Origin: Verrucomicrobiota bacterium
GTDB lineage: Bacteria; Verrucomicrobiota; Verrucomicrobiia; Limisphaerales; AAA164-E04
Direction: 5' to 3'
Assembly (NCBI GenBank): GCA_047947115.1
Contig: CP170459.1
Coordinates: 960,001 to 1,024,000, forward strand
DNA: 64,000 bases
Part shown: positions 51,012 to 62,081 of the stretch, piece after piece
Layout of the letters: each line of letters begins with the position of its first letter
Numbering within the stretch: the stretch's first letter is position 1
Notes under the pieces: generated by a model
What the model was told of the DNA's origin: nothing
What the model saw: only the letters and a program-made list of their open reading frames with translations
Database searches by the model: none
Program-made: the position numbers and the translations under genes

Positions 51012-52778
51012 TCAAAGCCTCGATACCAATAATTCGCGCTGGAAGATCATTTCTTTGGGTAAATGGGCATATAACTTCATGAATAACTCGTCCTGTGAAA
51101 TGACTTCATTACGCCACTTCTCGGTATCGATGTATTGAAGTTTGTGGAAAACTTCCTGATTGAATCCTTCCATACCTTCCAAGTCGAACGTCCCTTCGTC
51201 CGGTACCCAACCGAGTGTTGTTTCTTCGGCATTGGCCCGCCCACGACAACGATCGACCATCCATTTAAGCACTCGCATGTTCTCCCCAAAACCAGGCCAC
51301 AGAAAATTGCCATCCTCATCTTTCAGGAACCAGTTGACGTGAAATATGCGGGGCGGTTTCTTGATGAGATGGCGCATTTCCAGCCAGTGGGCAAAATAGT
51401 CACCCATATTGTAACCGCAAAACAGCAGCATGGCCATCGGATCCCGACGCACCTGACCCGCACCTCCCACCGCAGCGGCCGTCATTTCCGATCCCATCGT
51501 GGCTCCGACATATACACCATGAATCCAGTTGAAAGCCTGGAAAACGAGCGGCATGGTGGTAGCGCGTCGTCCCTCAAAAATGATCGCGCTGATGGGCACT
51601 CCCTGTGGATCGTCCACTTCCTCGGCCAACATGGGATTGTTCTTCATCGGCGCGGCAAACCGACTGTTGGGATGCGCCGCTTTGGTCCCGGAATCAGGGG
51701 TCCAGGGATTGCCCTGCCAATCGGTGGCTTGTTCCGGAACAGGACCATCCTTGCCTTCCCACTAGCTATCACCATCAGGCAGGAGCGCCACATTGGTGAA
51801 CAAGGTGTCACGGGCAATGGTTTTCATCGCGTTGGGATTGGAAACGTTGTTTGTTCCAGGCACGACGCCGAAGTAACCGGTTTCCGGATTGATGGCATAC
51901 AAACGTCCGTCGGGACCCGGTTTCATCCAGGCAATGTCGTCTCCAACAGTCCAGACTTTCCACCCGTTGTATCGCTCGGGAGGAATCATCATGACAAAAT
52001 TGGTCTTGCCACAGGCGCTCGGGAAGGCGGCCGCCACATAAGTCTTTTCACCCTCCGGCGATTCCACCCCCAAAATCAACATGTGTTCGGCCATCCAACC
52101 CTCTTTCCGACCAAGATACGATGCGATGCGCAGCGCCAGACATTTTTTACCCAACAACACATTGCCACCGTAATTGGATCCAAGAGAAATGATGGCGTTG
52201 TCCTGAGGAAAGTGGGCGATGTAACAGCGATCCGGGTTGGTATCCAGCATGCTGTGCAAACCACGATTGAATTCCTTGCTGTCATCGCCCAGATGTTCAC
52301 ACGCCACCTTGCCCATGCGGGTCATGATCCCCATGCTCAAAGTGACATAGATCGAATCCATCACCTCTACACCGACTTTGGACAACGGTGAACCGGCTGG
52401 TCCCATGAGATAGGGAATCACATACATGGTTCGCCCTTTCATGCATCCCCGGGCCATGCCATAAAGTTTCTCGTACATGTCCTCGGGTTTCATCCAATTG
52501 TTGGTTGGACCCGCTTCGTCCTTCGTTTCGGTGCAGATAAAGGTACACTGCTCAACACGGGCAACATCATTGGGATTGAAACGATGGTAATAACAACCCG
52601 GCCATTTCTCCTGATTGAGCTTTTGAATAATGCCTTCGGATTCGGCTTGAGCTGTCAGTTGGGCACGTTCTTCTTCTGATCCATCGCACCAATAAATGGT
52701 GTCAGGTTGGCAAAGGTCCGCCATCTCCTGTACCCAGTCGATGATGTGTTGGTTTTTGGTGGTGGGATTTTCTGGCAT
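51012..52778 (-). pseudogene. pckG: GTP-dependent phosphoenolpyruvate carboxykinase with in-frame TAG at 51762-51764
   Basis: [51 protein letters not shown]; frame continues through the stop (DGDS*WEG). Confidence 0.9.
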
Positions 52779-53240
52779 GATATGTTCCTTCAACGATCTC
52801 GTTCGGGATAACTAGACCATGAACGCCATGCCCCAGCTCACCGTAAATTGCACGAACAATATCAAGAATTGGTTTCATTCCCCTCCCTGCCGGTAAACCT
52901 GACCCGGCAAACGTTTCACCAGGCACATCAATCCCATCGCCAAAAGCCAACCATACGCTGTGGAACTGAGACTTTTGGAAATCTGAACTAGCCACCCCAC
53001 TCCGAGATCAGGGTTTCACCAAATTCAGGACTTGGTATGGAGGGGGCATTTTATTTGAAGGAACAACCAAGCTAAGGGTGCCGGTTTTTGAATTGACTCG
53101 TGCGCCAAGATCCGAATTCCTGACGTTTCAAGAAACCACGCGACTCCAGACTTTCAATTCTTTCTCGAACTCGTTGAATTTGTTCCAATCTTTGAACCGG
53201 TCGTGAAGCGATACTGACTTGAACCGCCTCCGAAACTTGT

Positions 53241-53525
53241 TCAGAAATTTCCAAAATTTCTTCTGTTATGCAAGAATGATCTGATGTCATGACGGTTGAT
53301 GTAATCAATGATGCAGTCGCTGTATGATCTGAGCTTTTCACGGAAATGTTTCTTTGTTGAGTAATCTTCCACTTTCAATCGAAGTTTTCCTTTAACGGTT
53401 TCTACCCCTATCATTCGGCCATGTGAGTGCCACATTTGATTGTTCGACAGCAAATTGGCTATGTCCTCGGCGCGTTCCTGTTTTTCTTGGACTGTTACTT
53501 CACTCCCTTTATTGCCTAGGTTCAA
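53241..53525 (-). pseudogene. C-terminal fragment of a ClpP-class (SDH_sah-like) serine protease
   Basis: EKQERAEDIANLLSNNQMWHSHGRMIG...LKVEDY recalls that family's C-terminus; no N-terminal part upstream. Confidence 0.5.
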
Positions 53526-53581
53526 TTAAGGTCATTTTTTTCTAGTTCACCCAGTTCGATCCCAATTTCCATGCGCCACCT

Positions 53582-54001
53582 TCATTGTGTAACAGGCGCA
53601 TTTGTAAATTCCAAAAGCTTTAACTCATCCACGAGGTTCTTCATTGATGGGAGGTCTCCGTCCTGCAGATACCTAACACCTTTTTTCTTTGAATCTTCAG
53701 GGAAATGATCGGTCATCATTTTATTAAGTAGAATCAACTCTGACCATGTTGAATTCAGTTGTCCGTTTTTTCTGAATTCCTTTTTGAACCATATTGTTTT
53801 TTCTGTGATGACTTCCCATTTCCGGTTGTCCGTAAAAGTTTGTATTAGACTTCGTTCCGAGATTTCCGAATACGAAAAGATTCCAAGAAATGAATAAACA
53901 TTCTTACTATCTCCGGTCATCAGATCAATACAGTAGACTCTCTTGTATGTAAAAAATGCTGATAACATCAACAATAACAATGTCACCAAAATTATTCGCA
54001 T
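53582..54001 (-). CDS. Membrane-anchored hypothetical protein, candidate Rhs immunity protein
   Basis: ATG 4 nt after the Rhs stop, AT-rich, N-terminal hydrophobic helix. Confidence 0.6.
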   Translation of the reverse strand: MRIILVTLLLLMLSAFFTYKRVYCIDLMTGDSKNVYSFLGIFSYSEISERSLIQTFTDNRKWEVITEKTIWFKKEFRKNGQLNSTWSELILLNKMMTDHFPEDSKKKGVRYLQDGDLPSMKNLVDELKLLEFTNAPVTQ

Positions 54002-54005
54002 CGTT

Positions 54006-57000
54006 TTATTCACAGCCTATCCCTTTCGCTGCTGCCTTAAAGTGGGAAAAACCCTCAACAGGATTATCAAATAAGATTTCCAGGGTATGTGCATTGTTCC
54101 AAGGATCGCCTGACTCCCCATCATCCGTGCCAACCAAATGGGATAATTCATGGAATACCACTTCTCCTAATTTTGGAAAATTTAGTGAATCCCCTTGATA
54201 TCCCCCCCAGTTCATATTGTCGTTGAGTTTTAGCTCATCATCATACAACCAAGGCACAGGACTTTTCCAAGCTGTCGCCACTATACTTGAGGCTGTAGTA
54301 TTATGATAGATTTCCAAGTTATTGCCTGAATCTATGTCATTTCTTAAAGCTATCATAAGATTTTTAAGTTGATTCAATTTTTCATTAGCACATCCGCAAT
54401 TACCAATACGCTCTTGTAATAGTTCATTAACTTCTCCAATAATTCTTACAGCCGCGGATCTCGCCGAATTAATCGCATTCGTCACTTTATTTTTTTCACT
54501 TTGAGTCCAAGCACCCTTCCATTGTAATGTGTAGAGCCCGATAATATCTAGGTTATTAATTGGATCGTTCTCTACGAATCCGTATAGATTATTCCCACCT
54601 TCCTCTTCACTAGGATCCCTAGATAGCCACCTATTCAGTTTGGGGTCAAAATGTCTTAGACCATAATAATTATACCCCGTCTCTACATCTACATATTTGG
54701 TCGAAAATCCAAACGGCATGTGCTTCATGGCTTCTTTAACTTGTCCTCCATTAGTCAATTTTCCAGAAGGATCATACTCCATGCTCCATAAAGCTACAGA
54801 CTCATCCACATCCACATATTGAACGACATTCCCGTTTCCATCATAAAGCGCATAGGCGGATGTTTCTTCTTGATAATTTCGGCTGGCTATGAGGCCACCA
54901 ACACCTCCGGCCCCCTGTAAGCTGCCACTCACATCCAATCCCCAAAGGTGGTTTCTTAATAGTCTTCCATCTGCATCAAGCTCGGCCAAGATGTTCCAAC
55001 CATCATAGACGAAGTGGATCACGGAAGCCTCTTTCCATCCCTTTTTCCGCTTCAGCGATTCAAAAAAATTTTTTCTGATCCGGCGCCCTTGAGGGTCATA
55101 CCGAAATTCCAGACGTTTGGATGCATCTTTTGCCTCCATGGCAACCAGCCGGTTTTCACCATTCCACTCATATCGCCATGTAGCATCTTCCAACAAATTT
55201 CCGTCCGGATCGTGACGAAACCGTGTCACTCGGTTCGGCTTACTCCTGGTTTTACTGCTTTTGTATTGATTGAGAAGTTTGGTCTCGTAGTCGGTATCCT
55301 TGCCGGATTCCATTACTTTTTGGCGATTGCCGATGTCGTCAAACAGGTAAGTATATTGGTCAATTAACGCGCCACTATTATTAGTCCGCTCTCCTGAAAC
55401 AAGCTGGCCAATCGGATCATACTCATACGCCCATGACTCACCAGAGGCTCCTTCAACGGAGACTCTTTGATTGGCCAAATTATAGCTATAATCATGTGAA
55501 CTCAAGAGTGAACCATCCCTTGTTCTGTGGGTGGTGGTACTTAACAGGCGTCCCAGTCGGTCACGTGTTTTTTTGGTTCGCATCATTTCTTGACCATGGG
55601 TTCTGAATTCAACCTGCTCGATATGTGGACTGTTTTCAAGGTAATCATAGGTAACTTCATGGCTTCCATCGGTCACACCGTTTAATTGACCTGCGGCATT
55701 GTAGCCATAATTAATATTCATTTCGTTTGTACCATCATTCCACCTATATCCACTTGGACGACCTGCCCAATCAAAATGTCTCGCCAACATGTGGGGTTTT
55801 AATCCGGGTTGGACCACCTTTGTTCCGGTCATTCTGCCAAGATTATCATATCGCATGGTCTGTTGATAATCATCACCCTGGTCCACATCCACACGTCTAC
55901 CCGCACGATCATGCTGATACCGAATGTCGGGTGTTATTTGATCCTGATAATCCACCAACACAAGTTCGCCTGCGTTGTTGTATTTGTATTCCGTACGAAG
56001 ACCTCGCGCCCATATGCGTTCCTTGAGACGTCCGGCGTTTGTGTAATTGTAATCGGGTCCTTGATTGTCTTGGAAACGTTTGGCCACAAGTTCGCCGCTT
56101 TTTGGATCATAGATCCATCGAGTCAAGGCCTTGCCCTCATCATGTTCAAAATCTTGCCATGTGGTCATGCTTGTCTTTCGTCCGGCATAATCATAACCGT
56201 AGGCAACTGGATATTGGCGACTTCCCCAGATCTGTTTGATTTCACCCGTAGGCCAGTAACTGTGATGGACCTGAGATCCGTCGGGTCTGGTTGTGGTAAG
56301 AAGACGATCCATCACATCATACACATAACGTGTCACAGGACGTTCTGCACCGGGTTCCGGAGCGGGTTGAATGATGGCGGTTTTTCTTCCTTGGGCATCG
56401 TATTCATATTCAGTGGTGCCAGCAAAGGCGTCTGTCTGAGCTACCAAACGATTTTGATCATCATAGCGATAATCCACACGGGTGATTCGTATACCATTGG
56501 GATCTTGCCTTTTCTCACTAATCAGTAAGTCCTGTTCGAAGGTCCGAATAGTTTCAGTTTTATCAGGGTGAACCGTGGTTTCGATCCGACGCGGATTGTC
56601 CGGATCCGTTTCCTGCCAAGTGGTCGTGCTTTGCCATTTTGTACGGGATGGATAGAGAGTTTGTTGTTGGATCAATCCATTGCCGGATACCAGGTTTTCA
56701 CTGACCAAAGTGGGTTTGCTACTTTCCTGTTCTTGCCACTGATAGTGTCGTGTTCGGTGGTAAAGCACACCTTTGATCAGGACGTCATCATACTCAGTGC
56801 GTTGAATACGATCAGGGCCAGCATAGTCAATACGACCATTACGGTTCATGTCAGTGGCTCTCTCTGTTTGCCGACCTTGATTATCAAAAGCATATAGAAC
56901 CGTTACTCCATCCGAATCGGTTTCCGCGACACGTTGTCCCAGATGATTATAAACAATCATGTTTGTGGCGCCATCAGCGCGTTCGGTCTTATAGCGGCGA

Positions 57001-59396
57001 TCAAGCATATCCCGAAATGTTTTGTTCCATTCCTGAGTCTCCCTGCCATTGTCATCGAGTTTGATCTTTTTTGTTGTTCGTGCCCAATGTGGCCCATCTC
57101 GCTCAATGGCGTATTCAAAACGAACTCCATGCACCGCGCTTCCACTGATCTCGAGTAGTTGACCATCTCGGGCTGTGTGTTCACTGCGCGTTTCACCGTC
57201 GGCTTGGATGTCAGTGCTTACCAAAAGGTCACTGGAAAAGTTAGTTTGTGTATTCCTTCCCCTATCCATAATGCGGCGTTTTTTACCGCGGAGATCATAT
57301 TCATTTTCCTCTAATGTTTCCAAATCTTGAGTGTTCTTGTTGAGTCGCTTCACACGCAACAAATCACCTGCTGCATTGAATCGATTGACCTTCATTTCTT
57401 TGGATGTAATCTCATAGATCGGACGTTTGAGTGCATCGTAAACAATGTTGGTCCATCGGCCTTGACGATCACGTCGTTGTTCGGGGCCGCAACATCCGTG
57501 GACGATCTTTTCGTACGTTCCGTCCAGGAAATCTTTACGCTCGGGCCTATGGAAGGCGTCATGTTCGCTGAATACTATGCGGTCTTTGATTTCATCCGTA
57601 CCGATGTCCTCAACCCGATGTTCCAGATCCTCTCCTGCTGCCCCCCGAATGGACAGGGTGCGTGTACCTTGAGTAATTTTTTCACTCTTCTCGTCCAACA
57701 CACCGCTCATGACGGTCCGGATACGATGTTCCCCTTCAATAGCATGCTCATAAAGTGTAACTGTTCCGTCGGGATATTCGATCCGGGTCAATTCGTTCTT
57801 GAACACGCCATCGAAGATTCGGAATGTTTTGGTCACCAAATTACTTGGATCATTCCACTCGGCTCCCTCCTGCGCACAACGAATTTCCCAATGCTCAGTT
57901 TCGGAATACAAGTGATAAGTGCGAGTCACCTCCTTGCCCTGAATAGTTTCTAAAATGAGACGAGGACGAGCAGACTCATGGCCAGTATCGAAGCTTCCTG
58001 TGGGCGCTTTATAACTGAAATGAATAACGCGTGCTTTGGTGACATCGGTTGTAGGAGCTTGGTTAAGCCAGGGGCCATACTCCCTGATACGCCTTCCTTG
58101 TTTGTCATATTCGTAGATATGCCAATTGCCATCAGGATAGATCACGGATTTCAGGTGGCCATAACCTGCGGCATTTGGATCAGAGATATACACCCGTTCA
58201 GTACGTTCCTCTTCAGGACCAGGATTTTTAATCTCACTAAGAAGGACCATTCGGCCATCATTTGGAAATGGTTTGCCATAGATGCGTTGTATACGTCGCA
58301 CCACTTCTCCGGTTTTGGGATCAAGGATTTCTTGCAGCTCGGTTTTTCGAGTGCGATCCTCATTCCATCGCACATGTTTGCGATCCTGGGTCAATCCGTC
58401 TCCCTTGGTCAGCGTCCATGCCTGGTCGGGTTCGGACCAGACATATTCATGTGTGATGGGCGGCGTGTCTTCCCCCATCCCCAGGACATGCTCCTCAATA
58501 CGCAAGCGCTCGTTGGATGGCTCTCGATCTGGATTGAATACTTTCCAAAAGTAGTGCGGAGGAGCATCCACTTCGTAAGTATCTCCTTTCCAACCGGTAA
58601 TTGCTTCGGGAGCATACAGTCGAAGCTCATAGCCAAAGGCGTCAATGGGCACAATATCCAACAGGCCGTCTTCACCACGAATTTGGCGTAGAGTCAAATC
58701 CTCCTGCCGCACAACATCTACATTCGAATCCTCTGGGAGAGCATAATTAAGGGATCTGGGTGAAGTTAGTAACGGTGAAGGAAGCTCTTCCCTAGTCCAT
58801 AGGAGGCCCTTGTGCACATCTGGGCCATCCAACAAAGAACTTTGGCCGAAACTGAGGCGCATACTCACACTACCATTATCAATCACCAAAACATTACCGG
58901 CATTGCAATAGGTACCCGAACCATACATCCCATTACAGGTGCCACCCAATACCCCTCCCACATCGGTTGCCATCACCCTCACAAGTGTATTAGGGCCAGG
59001 GCCTGCCGTTCCAGGACCTCCGACTCGCGCTACGGCCTGCTCATGTCCAAATGCATAAATGGTCAGCGTAGTATCACCACTCTCCACACCAGTGGAATCA
59101 TTTCGAATAATAGCACCGTGAACATCCACATAATCCCCTCCATCCAACGTATAAATCACCCTCACGCTCAAGGTATGAAGACAACATTCGACACCCAACC
59201 CATTGGTGAAATAACGTTGAAGTCGATCCTCATCCAGAATGGTCCACGTGGCCCCAATGGTCGGACAATCTTGCGCCCTGGATATTGTAGAACCACAAAT
59301 AGCCACGACCATTAAAACAATCCAAATGAATGGCGGCCAAGTTGCGATGAAGTTCTGGTAGATCTCAGTTTGATTTTGAATCGGTTGTTTGTTCAT
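54006..59396 (-). CDS. Rhs/YD-repeat protein with C-terminal HExxH metallopeptidase-like domain
   Basis: YD repeats; core end PFGFSTKY...YYGLRHFDP..RWLSRDP..EEGG.NLYGFV.NDPINNLDIIGL; HELSHLVGTDD; start uncertain (ATG 59396). Confidence 0.93.
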   Translation of the reverse strand: MNKQPIQNQTEIYQNFIATWPPFIWIVLMVVAICGSTISRAQDCPTIGATWTILDEDRLQRYFTNGLGVECCLHTLSVRVIYTLDGGDYVDVHGAIIRNDSTGVESGDTTLTIYAFGHEQAVARVGGPGTAGPGPNTLVRVMATDVGGVLGGTCNGMYGSGTYCNAGNVLVIDNGSVSMRLSFGQSSLLDGPDVHKGLLWTREELPSPLLTSPRSLNYALPEDSNVDVVRQEDLTLRQIRGEDGLLDIVPIDAFGYELRLYAPEAITGWKGDTYEVDAPPHYFWKVFNPDREPSNERLRIEEHVLGMGEDTPPITHEYVWSEPDQAWTLTKGDGLTQDRKHVRWNEDRTRKTELQEILDPKTGEVVRRIQRIYGKPFPNDGRMVLLSEIKNPGPEEERTERVYISDPNAAGYGHLKSVIYPDGNWHIYEYDKQGRRIREYGPWLNQAPTTDVTKARVIHFSYKAPTGSFDTGHESARPRLILETIQGKEVTRTYHLYSETEHWEIRCAQEGAEWNDPSNLVTKTFRIFDGVFKNELTRIEYPDGTVTLYEHAIEGEHRIRTVMSGVLDEKSEKITQGTRTLSIRGAAGEDLEHRVEDIGTDEIKDRIVFSEHDAFHRPERKDFLDGTYEKIVHGCCGPEQRRDRQGRWTNIVYDALKRPIYEITSKEMKVNRFNAAGDLLRVKRLNKNTQDLETLEENEYDLRGKKRRIMDRGRNTQTNFSSDLLVSTDIQADGETRSEHTARDGQLLEISGSAVHGVRFEYAIERDGPHWARTTKKIKLDDNGRETQEWNKTFRDMLDRRYKTERADGATNMIVYNHLGQRVAETDSDGVTVLYAFDNQGRQTERATDMNRNGRIDYAGPDRIQRTEYDDVLIKGVLYHRTRHYQWQEQESSKPTLVSENLVSGNGLIQQQTLYPSRTKWQSTTTWQETDPDNPRRIETTVHPDKTETIRTFEQDLLISEKRQDPNGIRITRVDYRYDDQNRLVAQTDAFAGTTEYEYDAQGRKTAIIQPAPEPGAERPVTRYVYDVMDRLLTTTRPDGSQVHHSYWPTGEIKQIWGSRQYPVAYGYDYAGRKTSMTTWQDFEHDEGKALTRWIYDPKSGELVAKRFQDNQGPDYNYTNAGRLKERIWARGLRTEYKYNNAGELVLVDYQDQITPDIRYQHDRAGRRVDVDQGDDYQQTMRYDNLGRMTGTKVVQPGLKPHMLARHFDWAGRPSGYRWNDGTNEMNINYGYNAAGQLNGVTDGSHEVTYDYLENSPHIEQVEFRTHGQEMMRTKKTRDRLGRLLSTTTHRTRDGSLLSSHDYSYNLANQRVSVEGASGESWAYEYDPIGQLVSGERTNNSGALIDQYTYLFDDIGNRQKVMESGKDTDYETKLLNQYKSSKTRSKPNRVTRFRHDPDGNLLEDATWRYEWNGENRLVAMEAKDASKRLEFRYDPQGRRIRKNFFESLKRKKGWKEASVIHFVYDGWNILAELDADGRLLRNHLWGLDVSGSLQGAGGVGGLIASRNYQEETSAYALYDGNGNVVQYVDVDESVALWSMEYDPSGKLTNGGQVKEAMKHMPFGFSTKYVDVETGYNYYGLRHFDPKLNRWLSRDPSEEEGGNNLYGFVENDPINNLDIIGLYTLQWKGAWTQSEKNKVTNAINSARSAAVRIIGEVNELLQERIGNCGCANEKLNQLKNLMIALRNDIDSGNNLEIYHNTTASSIVATAWKSPVPWLYDDELKLNDNMNWGGYQGDSLNFPKLGEVVFHELSHLVGTDDGESGDPWNNAHTLEILFDNPVEGFSHFKAAAKGIGCE

Positions 59397-59700
59397 ATTC
59401 GTTTTCAAATATTCTCTCAATGGCGATATTAGTGGAACCAGACATGTCGAGTAAAACACCCACGTTACTCTAATGTGTTAATGCGTAAAAAATTTAAGAA
59501 GGAGGTCAAAAATTCTATAAAAAATGAAACATTTAGTCAGGATGTCGGTTTTTAAGACCGAATGTCGCATTTTCGTTACTAGCCTTCCTGTGATAGGAAT
59601 ATGGTCGATAATATAAGCGACTAATTATGATATACCACTGAACCATTTTTCGCCTCTATAACCATAGTGAGAACTTCGTTTGATCAGAAAGTATATACCA

Positions 59701-60807
59701 TTATTTCCCACCCTGTCGGTAAACTTGACCTGGCAGCCGTTTGACCAAGCTTTTCAGTTCCATGGCCATCAGCAGGACAGATACTTTCTCCGCCGCCCAG
59801 CCGCTCCCACGGATCAGTTCATCCATGTGACATTCGTTGGCTTCCAGTAATCGCCATATGACGGCTTCTTCTTCGCTGACTGGCATGGTGGCGGGGGATG
59901 CTTGATCTGGTTGCGCGGAGTTTGCGGGGGCCGGGAAGAGGTATTCAAATTCTCCCAGAATGTCCTCCACGCTTTCACATAACTTGGCCCCGTTCTTGAT
60001 CAAAGCATGACACCCTTTGCTCCGCGGGGAATCAATCCGACCTGGAACAGCAAAGACTTGTCGTCCATAATCCACCGCCATGTTGGCCGTGATCAGTGCC
60101 CCGCTGGTTTTGTTGGCTTCGATGACGACTGTTCCAAGCGACATACCCGCCACGATCCGGTTGCGAATGGGAAAGGTCTGACGATCCGCATTTCGACCGA
60201 AGGGAAACTGGGTGATGACTGCACCCTGCCTGGTGATGTTTTCAAACAAGGACCGGTTTTCAGAAGGGTAAATGATATCCAAACCACACCCAACCACCGC
60301 GATCGTCCGACCGCCGCCTCTCAGACAACCCTGATGGGCCGCGGTATCAATCCCGCGTGCGCCCCCACTAATCATCGTGACTCCGGCGTGGGCAAGTTGA
60401 AAAGCGAGCTTTCGCGCCGTGTCCAAGCCATAGGGCGTCGTCATGCGGGAACCCACCATGGCCACTCCGTGATGATCTTTCTCCTCCAGGGTTCCCTGAA
60501 CATACAGAACGATGGGCGGATCATAGATTTCCTTCAACGCGTTCGGATAAATGGGATCCGCTGCCGTCACCACAAAACAGTCGTAGTCCTCAATACGTTC
60601 CAACTCCCTGGTCAAATCAATACGGTTTTCCCAGTCCGCAATCGTTTCAGCCGTATCAGGTCCGACACCTTGAACTCTTGCAAGTTTGTCCGCCGGGGCT
60701 TTCAGGATGCTTACCGGATCGCCCAACTGTTCCAACATGTGCCGAAACCGGATAGGCCCGACCTTCTCCAACATGTTCAATGCAATGCAAGCTTCGGTAG
60801 ATGTCAT
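59701..60807 (-). CDS. dprA: DNA-processing protein DprA
   Basis: AMVGSR, ISGGARGIDTAAH, FPIRNRIVAG, SGALITA and VFAVPG motifs. Confidence 0.96.
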   Translation of the reverse strand: MTSTEACIALNMLEKVGPIRFRHMLEQLGDPVSILKAPADKLARVQGVGPDTAETIADWENRIDLTRELERIEDYDCFVVTAADPIYPNALKEIYDPPIVLYVQGTLEEKDHHGVAMVGSRMTTPYGLDTARKLAFQLAHAGVTMISGGARGIDTAAHQGCLRGGGRTIAVVGCGLDIIYPSENRSLFENITRQGAVITQFPFGRNADRQTFPIRNRIVAGMSLGTVVIEANKTSGALITANMAVDYGRQVFAVPGRIDSPRSKGCHALIKNGAKLCESVEDILGEFEYLFPAPANSAQPDQASPATMPVSEEEAVIWRLLEANECHMDELIRGSGWAAEKVSVLLMAMELKSLVKRLPGQVYRQGGK

Positions 60808-60960
60808 GTCACCAAAAATCAAACAGGAGCAAGACGCTGATTTCAATCAAGCTTCATCCGGGACTCGCATTTTAAACTAGTACTCGAACGTCGCATTTTA
60901 ATAGGTCGATTCATGCGAAAATTTGCATTTGCGAAAAATGTTCTTACATTGTGAGAAAGT

Positions 60961-61515
60961 ATGGATGCAGCATTCAAGGAATGGGCAGTGGTTGTTGAGG
61001 CCATCGGTCGTGGGGATCAAATCGTGATCATGCGCAAAGGCGGGATTGATGAAGGAGAACATGGGTTCGAAATCAAGCATCGCAAATTTTGGCTGTTTCC
61101 GACCCAGTTTCATCAACAGCGGGACATGGTGTTAGCGGACGCTGCCAAAGCATGGCCAGCGAAAGCGTTGAAAGGCGATCAGGATAAAGCAAGCATCCAA
61201 TATGCCTGCGAGGTGGTCACACACATAGAACTCAACGGCATCGAACAGATCGCACGGCTGCGCGGTCAGCACATCTGGAAAGACGAGGTACTGATCAAAC
61301 GCATGACGTCCGGCGATCGTAACTGCCTCCACGCCTTGCTGGTGCGAACCTTTGCGTTGCCCAAACCGTCGAACATTCCCATGCACGACTCCTACGCCGG
61401 TTGTAAATCCTGGATTCAGCTCCAGTCAACGCCCAAGATTGACCTGCTGCAACCCGTTCTGGACAACGAGGCCTTCAAACTAAAAATTCATGCCTTCGAA
61501 AAATCCATCCAATGA
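60961..61515 (+). CDS. DUF1802 family protein
   Basis: AFKEWAVVVEA..GDQ..IMRKGGI.E, FWLFPT.FHQ, YAGCKSWI. Confidence 0.88.
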   Translation: MDAAFKEWAVVVEAIGRGDQIVIMRKGGIDEGEHGFEIKHRKFWLFPTQFHQQRDMVLADAAKAWPAKALKGDQDKASIQYACEVVTHIELNGIEQIARLRGQHIWKDEVLIKRMTSGDRNCLHALLVRTFALPKPSNIPMHDSYAGCKSWIQLQSTPKIDLLQPVLDNEAFKLKIHAFEKSIQ

Positions 61516-62081
61516 AACAAAAACCCAAGATCATCCTTGCCTCTCAATCGCCTCGACGTCGTATGCTGCTGAAACGCTTGATGGCAAATTTTGAATGTGA
61601 GGTGGCGGAAATTGAGGAAACCGCCTCACGGCACCTCACGCCCAATGAAATTGCAAAGACCAATGCCCATCGCAAGGCGTTGGCCGTGGCCAAAAACCAT
61701 CCCAAGGCATTGGTGATCGGATCAGACACCGTAGTGGCGCTCGCATCCAAAACATTCGCCAAACCCAAAGATCTTCAGGAAGCTGCCGGATTCCTGAAAA
61801 AACTCTCAGGCAAAACGCATCAGGTGATCACCGGAGTCAGCCTGCTCAGCTTGGAACCATTCAAAGTAAAGCTGTTTTCCGAAACGACCCACGTCGGATT
61901 CCAAAAGCTCAACGACCAAAACATTCGTGAATACCTTTCCATGATCAATCCCCTCGACAAAGCCGGAGGCTACGCCATACAGGAACACGGCGAATGGATC
62001 ATCGGCGAAATCTTCGGATCCTACACCAACGTCGTCGGCCTCCCCATGGAACGGCTGCGCGAGGAACTCAAACTCTGGTGA
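61512..62081 (+). CDS. maf: Maf-family nucleoside triphosphate pyrophosphatase
   Basis: ILASQSPRR, IGSDTVV, DKAGGYAIQ and NVVGLP motifs. Confidence 0.95.
   Translation: MKQKPKIILASQSPRRRMLLKRLMANFECEVAEIEETASRHLTPNEIAKTNAHRKALAVAKNHPKALVIGSDTVVALASKTFAKPKDLQEAAGFLKKLSGKTHQVITGVSLLSLEPFKVKLFSETTHVGFQKLNDQNIREYLSMINPLDKAGGYAIQEHGEWIIGEIFGSYTNVVGLPMERLREELKLW

Noticed and set aside
51762..51764. Pyrrolysine or programmed readthrough of the pckG TAG
   Set aside because: The position is a conserved Trp (TGG>TAG), other conserved residues are also mutated, and no pyl genes are in the window
51135..52391. 418-aa + strand ORF
   Set aside because: Antisense shadow of pckG with no recognisable motifs
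52702..52995. 97-aa ORF upstream of pckG
   Set aside because: Overlaps the pckG start in another frame and matches no family I recognise; possibly a gene remnant
60007..60840. 277-aa + strand ORF
   Set aside because: Antisense shadow of dprA
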